Positions 42,513 to 51,548 of a DNA stretch of 64,000 bases are shown in pieces. Position 1 is the stretch's first letter; every line of letters starts with the position of its first letter. Position numbers and translations under genes: made by a program. This DNA is from a virus (lineage: Duplodnaviria > Caudoviricetes). The DNA is taken from positions 96,001 through 160,000 of IMG/VR virus record IMGVR_UViG_3300031867_004305. One strand, given 5' to 3'. The notes under the pieces are model-generated. The model did not search any database. It saw nothing but the letters and a program-made list of their open reading frames with translations, and had not been told where the DNA came from.

Positions 42513-42661
42513 CGATCCCTAGCTCAGTAGGTCTAGAGCAGCGGCCTTCACGAAGTACAATCAAGTAGATGGTCTGAAATTACTCAGGCGGGTGACAGGT
42601 TCAAATCCTTCCTTCGTGACCAATAAGCCGTGTGTCCTGGGTTCGAGTCCCAGGGGATCGA
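42513..42661 (+). tRNA. tRNA-Ile(UAU) interrupted in the anticodon by a 74-nt tRNA-like insert (42549-42622)
   Basis: Exons 42513-42548 and 42623-42661 give a complete cloverleaf with GCGGC-CTT|ATAA-GCCGT. No encoded CCA. Confidence 0.85.
42549..42622 (+). ncRNA. tRNA-mimic insert 1
   Basis: CACGAAG/CTTCGTG acceptor stem plus ACCA; AGG-TTCAAAT-CCT T-arm; central hairpin with a 6-nt loop. Confidence 0.75.
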
Positions 42662-42716
42662 GAGATACATAAACTCAGCCTTCACGTGGCGTATCTTGTT
42701 TTCACTAATGGGTTTA
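42662..42716 (+). ncRNA. Theta (minimal HDV-like) self-cleaving ribozyme at a tRNA 3' end
   Basis: P1 GAGATAC/GTATCTT (G1-U wobble), P2 TAAACTCA/TGGGTTTA, P3 GCC/GGC, L3 TTCACGT, J4/2 CTAA. G1 directly follows the discriminator base. Confidence 0.85.
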
Positions 42717-42741
42717 CTTTATAAAAAGGAGGTATTTAATT

Positions 42742-43380
42742 ATGCCATACATTTATAAAATTGTAAATGATATTAATAATAAAATATATGTTGGGAAAAC
42801 ATTGAAAACAGTTCAAGAAAGATGGAAGCAGCATTTATATGATTATGATAAAAAAAGAAATGAAAAACGACCTTTATATGATGCTATGTTAAAATATGGT
42901 CCTAATCATTTTCATATAGAAGAATTAGAAAATGTTTTAGACGCGACTTTATTAAATGAACGCGAAAAATATTGGATTGAATTTTTACATTCTTTTCAAG
43001 ATGGGTATAACGCCACATGCGGCGGAGATGGGACCCCATATGCTGATTATGCATTAATCTATGAATTATATACAATTCATAACTTAACATTTGAAAAAAT
43101 TCAAAATATAACTAATTATGATATGCGTACTATACGTGCTGCTATTATGAGTTGTGGTATTTCAAAAGAAAATATTGAAAAAATCCGCTTACAAAGATTA
43201 AGAAAGCCTGTAATGCAGTTAGATATAAAAACAGAAGAAATTTTAAAAATTTTTCCTAGTTGTACTGCTGCACAGCGTGAAGTTAGTAATAATCCAAATG
43301 ATTATTCTGGTACTCATATTTCTGCTGTATGCCGTGGCAAAAGACGTACTGCCTATGGTTATAAATGGAAATACTTGTAA
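42742..43380 (+). CDS. GIY-YIG homing endonuclease with NUMOD1-type C-terminus
   Basis: YIYKI.N..N.K.YVGKT, GYN, ISAVCRGKR.TAYGYKW. Confidence 0.9.
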   Translation: MPYIYKIVNDINNKIYVGKTLKTVQERWKQHLYDYDKKRNEKRPLYDAMLKYGPNHFHIEELENVLDATLLNEREKYWIEFLHSFQDGYNATCGGDGTPYADYALIYELYTIHNLTFEKIQNITNYDMRTIRAAIMSCGISKENIEKIRLQRLRKPVMQLDIKTEEILKIFPSCTAAQREVSNNPNDYSGTHISAVCRGKRRTAYGYKWKYL

Positions 43381-43451
43381 GCACTAGTGGGAGAATGGTT
43401 ATCCGGAAGTCTGCAAAACTTCATAAGCCAGTTCAATTCTGGCCTAGTGCT
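43381..43451 (+). tRNA. tRNA-Cys(GCA)
   Basis: GAAGT-CTGCAAA-ACTTC; U73; followed by CTA rather than CCA. Confidence 0.85.
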
Positions 43452-43471
43452 CTAAAAAGGAGAAAGATTTT

Positions 43472-43666
43472 ATGGCAATAAGAGTTATTAAACACGGACT
43501 TGATTTTTTAAATGCAGAGTGCCCGAAATGTAAATGTTTATTTGAATTTACAATTGAAGATATGGAAACCTACTCTACTGGTATAGACAAAATTGAACAA
43601 ATTAGATGCCCTGATTGCAATTATCCAATGAAATGGTGGTATGGAGAAAAATCAGGACGAACATAA
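43472..43666 (+). CDS. Small Zn-ribbon protein
   Basis: CPKC...CPDC; paralogue of 52544. Confidence 0.6.
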   Translation: MAIRVIKHGLDFLNAECPKCKCLFEFTIEDMETYSTGIDKIEQIRCPDCNYPMKWWYGEKSGRT

Positions 43667-43701
43667 ATTATTATATTTCAAAATTAAAATTACCACTTAC
43701 A

Positions 43702-43728
43702 AAACGCACGGGAAACCGTGCGTTTTTT
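43702..43728 (+). terminator. Intrinsic terminator
   Basis: AACGCACGG-GAAA-CCGTGCGTT followed by a T run. Confidence 0.8.
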
Positions 43729-43732
43729 CTAT

Positions 43733-43761
43733 TTGACTTCTAGTAGAAATTATAGTATAAT
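43733..43761 (+). promoter_or_regulatory. SigA-type promoter
   Basis: TTGACT-N17-TATAAT. Confidence 0.75.
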
Positions 43762-43955
43762 TATTATATAAAAGAAAAGGAGCATTTTTATGAACGTTAT
43801 TTTTATTTCCCCTGACAATAATCGAGAAACTTTTAAAAATATTCATAATTTTGAAGAGAAGAAAGAAGGAGTATCTTTCTATAATAATATAAATGACTAT
43901 TGGTTCATAAGATATAGTGCTTTCAAGGCTTTTATCCTTTCGGAGGTAAAGAACA

Positions 43956-44417
43956 ATGACACTTGACGAATGTAGAGTGGAAACTCAAAAGCACATTGAA
44001 AAGGTGCGTAAGTATATCCGCTTTTTTACTGATAAGTTAACTACTCGTGGCGAAAATCATGATGCTAGCAAATTAGATACTCCAGAAATTGAACTATTTG
44101 CCGAGCATACTGAACGTCTAAATGAAATTGAATATGGCTCTGATGAATATAAGGCGGAATTAGAAGCTTTGAAGCCCGCTTTGGATCATCATTACGCTGT
44201 CAATTCTCACCATCCAGAGCACTGGCCAAATGGTGTGAATGATATGTCATTATGGGATATTTGTGAAATGTTTTGCGACTGGAAAGCATCTGCTGAACGA
44301 GTACGTGCGGGTAATATTTTAAAATCTATTGAAACAAACGCAGAGCGTTTTAAAATTGATAATCAATTAAAGCAGATTTTAATAAATACCGCTCGTTTGA
44401 TGGAGGAACATGAATAA
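43956..44417 (+). CDS. HD-like (DUF5662-type) protein
   Basis: H...V, HDASK, HHY..NSHHPEH, EM.CDW. Confidence 0.7.
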   Translation: MTLDECRVETQKHIEKVRKYIRFFTDKLTTRGENHDASKLDTPEIELFAEHTERLNEIEYGSDEYKAELEALKPALDHHYAVNSHHPEHWPNGVNDMSLWDICEMFCDWKASAERVRAGNILKSIETNAERFKIDNQLKQILINTARLMEEHE

Positions 44418-44551
44418 AGAACTCACTCATGATTTTATAAAATTTGTGATGGAAAATTATGGAATACGACTAACAATGACTGAATCAGATGGTGAAAAGT
44501 TTGAAGAACTTTTTCCTGATTTAGCCACGGTATTAGAAAAGGAGAAAGAAA

Positions 44552-45100
44552 ATGATAACTCATAATGATGGTTCTATTGAAATTGAAATACCCGATTTAC
44601 ATATACCAGAATCAGAAGTAGATAGTATTACTCGCAATTTTCTTCATTCACGCGATGTAAAGACTATTGAAACTAAAATTGAAGATTTAAGGCAAACACT
44701 TCTGTCATTGGAAAATAATAATAATCGTCTTCAAAAGCGTTTCAATGAAATCTATGATGAAAAGTGGAAAGACAATGAACTTATGGAAATGAAGCTAAAA
44801 ATGGAGCGTGCAATTCGTGAACGAAGCTATGGCTTCCCGCTAACTGAAGAGCAACGAAATCGCTCCTATGATTGGCAACGTAAACATGATACAGAAGTTC
44901 ATTCTAATCCAGAAGGCTATCATGGAGCATCTGGCGGCGGCTTCTCATACACTTTCTATCCTACCGGCTTAGGTACAACTTGTGATTGCTTTTGTAATCA
45001 ATGTAAGGCAAAGGCAATTCGTGAGGCCGGTGCAAAATGGTATGACAGATGCAAGGAACTTGGCGGTGTTTGTGAAGTCGTTGGATGGGAGGCTTTCTAA
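44552..45100 (+). CDS. Hypothetical protein
   Basis: GASGG.FSY.F.PTGLG motif. Confidence 0.6.
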   Translation: MITHNDGSIEIEIPDLHIPESEVDSITRNFLHSRDVKTIETKIEDLRQTLLSLENNNNRLQKRFNEIYDEKWKDNELMEMKLKMERAIRERSYGFPLTEEQRNRSYDWQRKHDTEVHSNPEGYHGASGGGFSYTFYPTGLGTTCDCFCNQCKAKAIREAGAKWYDRCKELGGVCEVVGWEAF

Positions 45101-45281
45101 TTGATTTGGGATGATAATTTATATGACGCGATGAAAGATGTATATGACTATGCCTATCGCGTTTTTTTTGGAAAAGCACCCATAGATGTTACTTATCGTG
45201 TGAATTATGGCAGTAGAGGAGCAGAACAAAAAGTTTTACAGTATATTTGGAACACTTATATTGAACCGAAGGGAGAAAATA

Positions 45282-45863
45282 ATGAGTAATATTTATTTCA
45301 GTAGTGACTTGCATTTTTGTCATAACCGCGGTTTTCTTTATGAGCCACGCGGTTTTTCATCTATCGAAGAACATGACTCTGCCATTATTGAAAACTGGAA
45401 TAAAATAGTTAAAAATAATGATGTTGTTTTTCTACTTGGTGATTTAATGCTTAATGATAATGTAAATGGTATTAAAAAATTAAATAAATTAAATGGCACG
45501 ATATATTACATACGAGGAAACCATTGCTCAAATGCGCGTTGCGTCCTATACGAAGAACAAACTAATATGATTCCGCTATGTAATAATTTCTTTAGTAGTT
45601 GGGCTTCATTAGAAAAAATCAAAGGATATAATTTGTATTTATCTCATTATCCAACTATAATTGGCTCATTAAAAGATATGACGCCATTAAACAAGAGATT
45701 AATAAATCTTCATGGTCATCTTCATAGTAAAAATAAATTCTATCAAGATATTCCTTTTATGTATAATGTAGCACTTGACGCACATAATAACGCGCCCGTA
45801 TCATTTGATGAAATTATTTCAGATATTGAAGCAAAAGCAAATGAATGTATTGCTATGCTATAA
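45282..45863 (+). CDS. Calcineurin-like metallophosphoesterase
   Basis: SDLH, LGD, RGNH, SH.P, HGHLH. Confidence 0.9.
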   Translation: MSNIYFSSDLHFCHNRGFLYEPRGFSSIEEHDSAIIENWNKIVKNNDVVFLLGDLMLNDNVNGIKKLNKLNGTIYYIRGNHCSNARCVLYEEQTNMIPLCNNFFSSWASLEKIKGYNLYLSHYPTIIGSLKDMTPLNKRLINLHGHLHSKNKFYQDIPFMYNVALDAHNNAPVSFDEIISDIEAKANECIAML

Positions 45864-46171
45864 GGAGATAATATGATTTACGAGGGGCCTTATGTACTTA
45901 TTTTAATTATCCTATTAGGGATAGGCGCTAGTTTATTATTGACTGGTTTTATGAATAGTTAATCAAGGAGGAAATATGGGATTACCATTTATTTTTGGGA
46001 AAAAGAAAACAGAAGAAACCCCTGATATTACTAATGAAGAATTAGAGAAAATATTAAAATCTGCTCCTGTAATATCTTCAAATACAATAAAACCAGAAGT
46101 TATAAGTTTAACTACTTCACGTGAATTAAAGTATTTAAAGAAACGAATATGGAAATTCTATCATAAATAAT

Positions 46172-46200
46172 TTGACTTTTACTAAAAAATCTGCTATAAT
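46172..46200 (+). promoter_or_regulatory. SigA-type promoter
   Basis: TTGACT-N17-TATAAT with TG extension. Confidence 0.8.
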
Positions 46201-46264
46201 AATATTGTAAGAAAGAAACGAGCCCTAGTCCAGGGCTGACCAAATGAAAAGGAGAAAATAAATT

Positions 46265-47800
46265 ATGAATCGTCTTTACAATGCTATGGCTTCTCAGAAC
46301 ACCTACAAGACTACCGAGAATGGTGCTATCGCACGCACCACGACCAGCTCTAAGCTATATGACCTCTTCTCTTTCGGCGCGGCTTACCGTCAGCGTACCG
46401 AGAGTGATTGCGTGCTACTATTTAAGGAGGCATATAAGGAAAGTCCTATGTATGCCCTAAAGTGCCTGTTCTATATCCGCGATATTCGCGGCGGACAGGG
46501 TGAGCGTCGTTTCTTCCGCACTTGCCTGCATTGGCTTGCGGATTATGACCGCAATGCCGTACTACGCAATCTTGACCAGATTGCTGAGTATGGCCGCTGG
46601 GATGACCTATATGCCCTAGTGGGGACTTCTTGTGAACATGATGCTCTTTATGCTCTTGGCAAGCAGCTTGCCCTTGATTACAAGACCAAGGGTGCTATTT
46701 CCCTTGCCGGTAAGTGGGCAGCTTCAGAGAACGCTTCTTCTGCCAAGACTAAGCGTTATGGTCGTCTAACTGCTCATACTATGGGTCTAACTTCTCGTCA
46801 ATATCGCAAGGTGCTTTCTACCCTTCGTGAGCGTATTCGTGTTCTGGAGCGACTTATGTCCGCAAATCGTTGGAATGAGATTGAATTTGACAAGATTCCT
46901 TCTCGTGCTGGCCTAATCTACAAGAACGCTTTTGCACGCCGTGATATCATCAAGGCGAAGTATGAGTCTTTTGCAAAGGATAAGACTACCAAGGTTAACG
47001 CGGCAGCCCTCTATCCTTACGATGTCGTAGCTAAGGCAATTAAGCTGATGGGCTCTGACAGCTGGTATGGCCGTGGTAATCATGTTGCTCTTGACAATAC
47101 CGATCGTCTAATGATTAACAAGTATTGGGAGAATCTTGTTGATTATCTGACTGGTGCTCCACTAAATGCGGTGGTAGTGGCTGATACAAGCGGAAGTATG
47201 TGTTCAGGTGCTAATAGTGTGGCTCCAATTGATGTTGCTGTTTCTTTGGCTCTATACGCGGCCGAACGTATGCGTGGTCCTTTTGCCAATCATTATATTT
47301 CTTTTAGCCGTAAGGCTCGTTTAATCGAGACTACTGGCGTGGATTTTTGTGATAAGGTAGATAGGATTGTAAGGACGAATCTATGTGAAAATACGAATTT
47401 AGCTTCCGTATTTGACCTTATCCTAAGTACTGCTTGTCACTATAATCTATCTCAAAAGGATATGCCAGAAAGCATTATTATTGTAACAGATATGGAAGTA
47501 GATTCCGCACAGGGTTATTCTTCTTGGGGACGAGCACCTGAATATGGACACGGCGGTAAGGGAATTCAAACCTTTATGGATAAGATGCGTAGTCGTTGGA
47601 CTGACGCAGGATATAAAATGCCAAAAATTGTATTTTGGAACGTAAACGCACGAAATAATACAATTTTGGATGATGGCCCTGATGTTACTAATGTCAGCGG
47701 TTGCTCACCGGTTCTATTTGAATCTATCCTATCTGGAAAAAGTTCTTATGATCTTATGATGGATAAGCTAAATAGTAATCGTTATAAGCCAATTCATTAA
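46265..47800 (+). CDS. DUF2828-type Ro/TROVE-like helical domain plus vWA domain protein
   Basis: TENGA, RDIRGG.GER, YGRWDDL, KW, LYPYD, DTSGSM (MIDAS), TDM, VFWN, VSG.S. Confidence 0.8.
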   Translation: MNRLYNAMASQNTYKTTENGAIARTTTSSKLYDLFSFGAAYRQRTESDCVLLFKEAYKESPMYALKCLFYIRDIRGGQGERRFFRTCLHWLADYDRNAVLRNLDQIAEYGRWDDLYALVGTSCEHDALYALGKQLALDYKTKGAISLAGKWAASENASSAKTKRYGRLTAHTMGLTSRQYRKVLSTLRERIRVLERLMSANRWNEIEFDKIPSRAGLIYKNAFARRDIIKAKYESFAKDKTTKVNAAALYPYDVVAKAIKLMGSDSWYGRGNHVALDNTDRLMINKYWENLVDYLTGAPLNAVVVADTSGSMCSGANSVAPIDVAVSLALYAAERMRGPFANHYISFSRKARLIETTGVDFCDKVDRIVRTNLCENTNLASVFDLILSTACHYNLSQKDMPESIIIVTDMEVDSAQGYSSWGRAPEYGHGGKGIQTFMDKMRSRWTDAGYKMPKIVFWNVNARNNTILDDGPDVTNVSGCSPVLFESILSGKSSYDLMMDKLNSNRYKPIH

Positions 47801-47827
47801 AAGACGGATTATTCCGTCTTTTTATTT
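47800..47827 (+). terminator. Intrinsic terminator
   Basis: AAGACGGA-TTAT-TCCGTCTT followed by a T run. Confidence 0.75.
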
Positions 47828-47840
47828 AGGATGTGATTCT

Positions 47841-48584
47841 ATGGGAAGGCCCGCTAAAGATTTAACAAATCAAAGATTTCAACGATTATTAGTAATTAAG
47901 CGTGATGGTTCTACAGCTGATGGTCATGCTAAATGGTTATGTTTATGTAACTGCGGTAATTATATAAGTGTATCATCCAATAGTTTAAAACGCGGTGATA
48001 CTAAATCTTGTGGATGCTTAAATAAAGATGTAGCAAGAGAAAAAGGTAGACAATCTTATAAAGATCTCACTAATAAACGTTTTAATAAACTAATTGCTAA
48101 AGAATATTTAGGAAGTAATAATAAAGGAAGTGGTTTATGGAGATGCGAATGTGATTGTGGAAATAATAATTTTATTACAACGTCGCACCATTTAATTAGC
48201 AGCAATACGCAAAGCTGTGGTTGCTTAAAATCAAAAGGAGAAGCAAATATAAAACAACTACTTATAAATAATAATATTAATTTTATTTCACAATATTACT
48301 TTAAAGATTTATATTATGAAAGTAATATACCTGTTCGATTTGATTTTTATTTACCCGATTATAACCGATTAATTGAATTTGATGGTATTCAACATTATAC
48401 TTCTGGCGGTGGATGGAACACCGCTGAATTATTTAAACGCAATAAAAAACACGACGAAATTAGAAACCAATATGCCCTTTCCCACAACATTCCTCTCGTT
48501 CGCATACCATATTGGGAACGTGATAATATTACTCTTGAAATGTTATTTAGTGATGAATATTTAGTGAAAGAAGAAGATGAATGA
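47841..48584 (+). CDS. Homing-type endonuclease (Cys-rich repeats plus PD-(D/E)XK/Vsr-like domain)
   Basis: Two W.C.C.CG...SCGC repeats; FDFY, IEFDGIQH, LVRIPYW. Confidence 0.75.
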   Translation: MGRPAKDLTNQRFQRLLVIKRDGSTADGHAKWLCLCNCGNYISVSSNSLKRGDTKSCGCLNKDVAREKGRQSYKDLTNKRFNKLIAKEYLGSNNKGSGLWRCECDCGNNNFITTSHHLISSNTQSCGCLKSKGEANIKQLLINNNINFISQYYFKDLYYESNIPVRFDFYLPDYNRLIEFDGIQHYTSGGGWNTAELFKRNKKHDEIRNQYALSHNIPLVRIPYWERDNITLEMLFSDEYLVKEEDE

Positions 48585-48603
48585 AAATTCATCTTCTTTT
48601 TTA

Positions 48604-48632
48604 TTGACTAAATATAAAAATTATAGTATAAT
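48604..48632 (+). promoter_or_regulatory. SigA-type promoter
   Basis: TTGACT-N17-TATAAT. Confidence 0.7.
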
Positions 48633-48654
48633 AATTATAGAAAGGATGAGGAAT

Positions 48655-49011
48655 ATGAATTATTATATCTATCTTGATGATGTACGCGAAGATGATACTT
48701 GGTTTCGGCAACATTTAAATACAGAGCATTGGATTCCTTGCGTTGTTCGTTCCTATGATGAAGTAATTCATGTTCTCAATCATATGCGAGATTATATGAA
48801 TGAGAATGAAGTGCTTATTCTTGACCTCGACCACGACCTTGGCGAAACTGAAGAAGGCTATAATGAACTCGCGCGCACAGGATATGACGTTTGTAAGTGG
48901 ATTGTTGAAAACGATTTTCAAAATCTTTACTTTCATATACATAGTATGAACCCCGTTGGGTCTGCAAATATGCGGCAACTTCTTACTCATTATGGATATA
49001 AGGAGATTTAG
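48655..49011 (+). CDS. Cyclic-phosphate-processing receiver (REC-like) domain protein
   Basis: YLDD.R, LDHDLG, TGYD..KW, IHSMNPVG. Confidence 0.75.
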   Translation: MNYYIYLDDVREDDTWFRQHLNTEHWIPCVVRSYDEVIHVLNHMRDYMNENEVLILDLDHDLGETEEGYNELARTGYDVCKWIVENDFQNLYFHIHSMNPVGSANMRQLLTHYGYKEI

Positions 49012-49012
49012 T

Positions 49013-49231
49013 ATGAAAAATCCTTGGGAAGATTGTACTCATTATGATGGCTGGAATGGGTTTGAAGGAGCGGTAGTAAAACATGACCGTGGTATTTGGT
49101 CTGATGAAGTGTTTGATAATTGGTTAAGTGAATATTGTGAACGTTGCCCATTCTTTGCGAGTGGAGAGGCTTGTGTATATGGAGACAAAGATGTTATGAA
49201 AATGATGAAAAACAAATATGAGGAAATTTAA
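49013..49231 (+). CDS. Small Cys-containing protein
   Basis: AGGAG RBS, ORF. Confidence 0.5.
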   Translation: MKNPWEDCTHYDGWNGFEGAVVKHDRGIWSDEVFDNWLSEYCERCPFFASGEACVYGDKDVMKMMKNKYEEI

Positions 49232-49232
49232 T

Positions 49233-49436
49233 ATGTGGAAAAAAGTAAAGGATTGCGAAACTCTTTCAATACAAGCCCTTGCAGCTATGGCACTCGTAGA
49301 AAAGAAAAATAATCGTTTAATTACTTGGTCTACTAGTGACGGATTAATTCATTTATGCTCTTTTGAAACTTTAGCACAAATCAAAGAAACTGAAATAGAA
49401 TCCAATACAAAATTTACTCTATGGGAGAAAAAATAA
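49233..49436 (+). CDS. Hypothetical protein
   Basis: GAGG RBS, ORF. Confidence 0.5.
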   Translation: MWKKVKDCETLSIQALAAMALVEKKNNRLITWSTSDGLIHLCSFETLAQIKETEIESNTKFTLWEKK

Positions 49437-49439
49437 AGT

Positions 49440-50090
49440 ATGAGAAAGTATGAAAAGATTGATACTCTCTATCAAAGAGACACAACCGGAACTAAAAAGT
49501 TGCTTCCGGGAGTATTTCGTGATCCTACCGTAGAATATCTCAGCGACAATAATTGGATTTGGACTGAAAAGGTTGATGGCACTAATATCCGTGTATGTTG
49601 GGATGGCCATACTGTAACCTTTGGCGGCCGCACCGATAATGCTGCTATTCCCGCAGAACTTGTTACTCGTTTGAATGAGTTGTTCGGTGGAGAAACAAAT
49701 GCTCAAATTTTTGAACAGGTTTTCGGCGATAAGGAAGTCATTCTTTTCGGTGAAGGCTATGGTCGCAAGATTCAAAAGGGCGGTGGAAAGTATATTCCCG
49801 ACGGCGTAGATTTTATTCTTTTTGATGTGCTTATTGGCGACAATTATCAAGAACGAGAATGGGTAGAAGAAACTGCCACAATGTTTGGAATTAAAGCTGT
49901 TCCTATTGTTGGCACTGGTAGTCTATATGCCGCAGGAGAGTATGTAAAAACCCATCCTAATTCTGTAATTGCAGAAGAGCCGCGTGAAATGGAAGGAGTA
50001 GTATGTCGTCCTGCAATTGAACTACGCAATCGTCGCGGCGAGCGTATAATCGTAAAAATCAAATGGGAAGATATGAAGGAGCTAGTATAA
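49440..50090 (+). CDS. ATP-dependent RNA ligase (Rnl2-like nucleotidyltransferase domain)
   Basis: Motif I EKVDGTN, motif III FGE..G, IIIa FDV, IV EGVV, V KIK. Confidence 0.85.
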   Translation: MRKYEKIDTLYQRDTTGTKKLLPGVFRDPTVEYLSDNNWIWTEKVDGTNIRVCWDGHTVTFGGRTDNAAIPAELVTRLNELFGGETNAQIFEQVFGDKEVILFGEGYGRKIQKGGGKYIPDGVDFILFDVLIGDNYQEREWVEETATMFGIKAVPIVGTGSLYAAGEYVKTHPNSVIAEEPREMEGVVCRPAIELRNRRGERIIVKIKWEDMKELV

Positions 50091-50092
50091 TT

Positions 50093-50302
50093 ATGCTAAT
50101 ACGTTATGAAGTAGAGTTTTGGGATGAAATGGATCATCAAATACGAGCAGAGAAGGGTTTAACAGCAAGCGTCTCTACTCTAGGAGAAGGCGTAGATAAA
50201 ATTGCTGAATATTATGGTAAAAGTAATATCAGTTTTATTAAAGTATATGAATGTGAAGATTGTATTTGTGATGAAGAACTAAAAGATTTACTAGAAGATT
50301 AG
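50093..50302 (+). CDS. Hypothetical protein
   Basis: RBS and ORF. Confidence 0.5.
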   Translation: MLIRYEVEFWDEMDHQIRAEKGLTASVSTLGEGVDKIAEYYGKSNISFIKVYECEDCICDEELKDLLED

Positions 50303-50305
50303 TAT

Positions 50306-50334
50306 TTGACTTTTATTAAAAATTCTGATATAAT
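50306..50334 (+). promoter_or_regulatory. SigA-type promoter
   Basis: TTGACT-N17-TATAAT with TG extension. Confidence 0.8.
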
Positions 50335-50370
50335 TATTATACAAGGTGAGGGAAAGAGCCCTCACAACGA

Positions 50371-50448
50371 TGCGGGATCGCCAAGTTGGTTAAGGCACGA
50401 GCCTCATAAACTCGTTACGCGTGGGTCCGAGTCCCACTCCCGCAACCA
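50371..50448 (+). tRNA. tRNA with CAU anticodon (Met; Ile2 not excluded)
   Basis: CGAGC-CTCATAA-ACTCG; CCA. Confidence 0.85.
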
Positions 50449-50454
50449 CCAACG

Positions 50455-51340
50455 AACAGGCGTTGTAAAATATCCTGTGTCCGCAAGAGTGATTGATACT
50501 AGTCTAAGTGGTCTCAACGGCGGAATATAAATAGGCAAAACCAAATTAGTATTGTATTAAATGAGCGGTGTTTAATGGGAACTGGAAATTACACACGGAA
50601 GCCCTGAGCGGGAGTACTACCGCAAGTTCTGCTATATGGGAGCAGACGCTCATTTAAAGCAACCGGTTGATTTACGTAATTAAGTCGTTAGGAGCGACAT
50701 GAGCAGCAATGCGGTAATACCGGTGCACCGGTAGCAAAGTTACCCTGGCTCCCCAGATGGCGCACTGGGTTATCAAAGGGCCGCTTGGCACCCTATCCCG
50801 AGCGTCTTCGTCGCGGTGCTAGAAACTCGCCCCATTAGCTGAGGGTCGAGGCAAAGAGGGAACGTTGTTGGTGGTAACGGTGAAGATTCGCCCGGTATTC
50901 TAGGCTTGCCGTAAAAGTGGTGGGTATACACACCACAGTCTAAACCCCAGTATATGTTGCGAACGACCTGGGTAAACAAAGTCGTTAGTTGGCGTCTTAT
51001 CCCAAGCCTTTACGCGGCGACGCTATAAGTACCAAGAAGCATTTTTAATGCTGGGCGTGAAACAAAGAGGGAACTAGGAGGCTGTGACCAAGGGTGATGT
51101 GGTCTGACAGTCCGAGTAATGACCGTTGAAGTCATTCGGTCGGTAGCAGGGCTCGGCCGTTACAACAGTGGATGCATACGCTTGTTAGCCCTTTTTATTG
51201 ATTCGGGAGGAAGTGTCCGTAGATGAACTTCTCGGAGTAATCGCCAAAATCGAATCGTGGTATACCATTGTACGAAACTTCTGTCATCCTTAGTTTCTTG
51301 CAGTTTCAAGGATGAGGGTCGCGGCCACCAGAGCGCCGCA
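50455..51340 (+). ncRNA. Unassigned structured non-coding region (about 890 nt)
   Basis: GC-elevated, no credible ORF, successive long-range stems between two tRNAs. Confidence 0.55.
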
Positions 51341-51344
51341 ATAT

Positions 51345-51415
51345 GCTGCGTTAGTCCAGTGGTAAGACACGAGGCTTTCAATCTCGGCAGAGGGGTTCAA
51401 TTCCCCTACGCAGTA
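51345..51415 (+). tRNA. tRNA-Glu(UUC)
   Basis: CGAGG-CTTTCAA-TCTCG; no encoded CCA. Confidence 0.85.
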
Positions 51416-51469
51416 CTCCTCCTTTTGGAGATATTTCCTAACCTTACAAGAAAAAGTCAAGTTGAAAAC

Positions 51470-51497
51470 TTGACTTTTTTCAATTTTATGTTATAAT
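51470..51497 (+). promoter_or_regulatory. SigA-type promoter overlapping a terminator-like hairpin
   Basis: AAAAAGTCAAGTT-GA-AAACTTGACTTTTT hairpin; TTGACT...TGTTATAAT. Confidence 0.7.
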
Positions 51498-51548
51498 TAT
51501 ACATAAAGGTAGGCCCAGGCCTATTTAAATAAAGCGAGGTGTATAATT

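Noticed and set aside
42549-42622. Insert as a group I intron or an independent functional tRNA
   Set aside because: Too short, with no P7 core or terminal G. Its central loop is 6 nt and it has no proper D-arm.
50306-50530. Track ORFs starting at promoter TTG or lying over RNA genes (50306, 38362, 41792, 53564, 60910)
   Set aside because: They overlap promoters, tRNAs or structured RNAs and lack an RBS.
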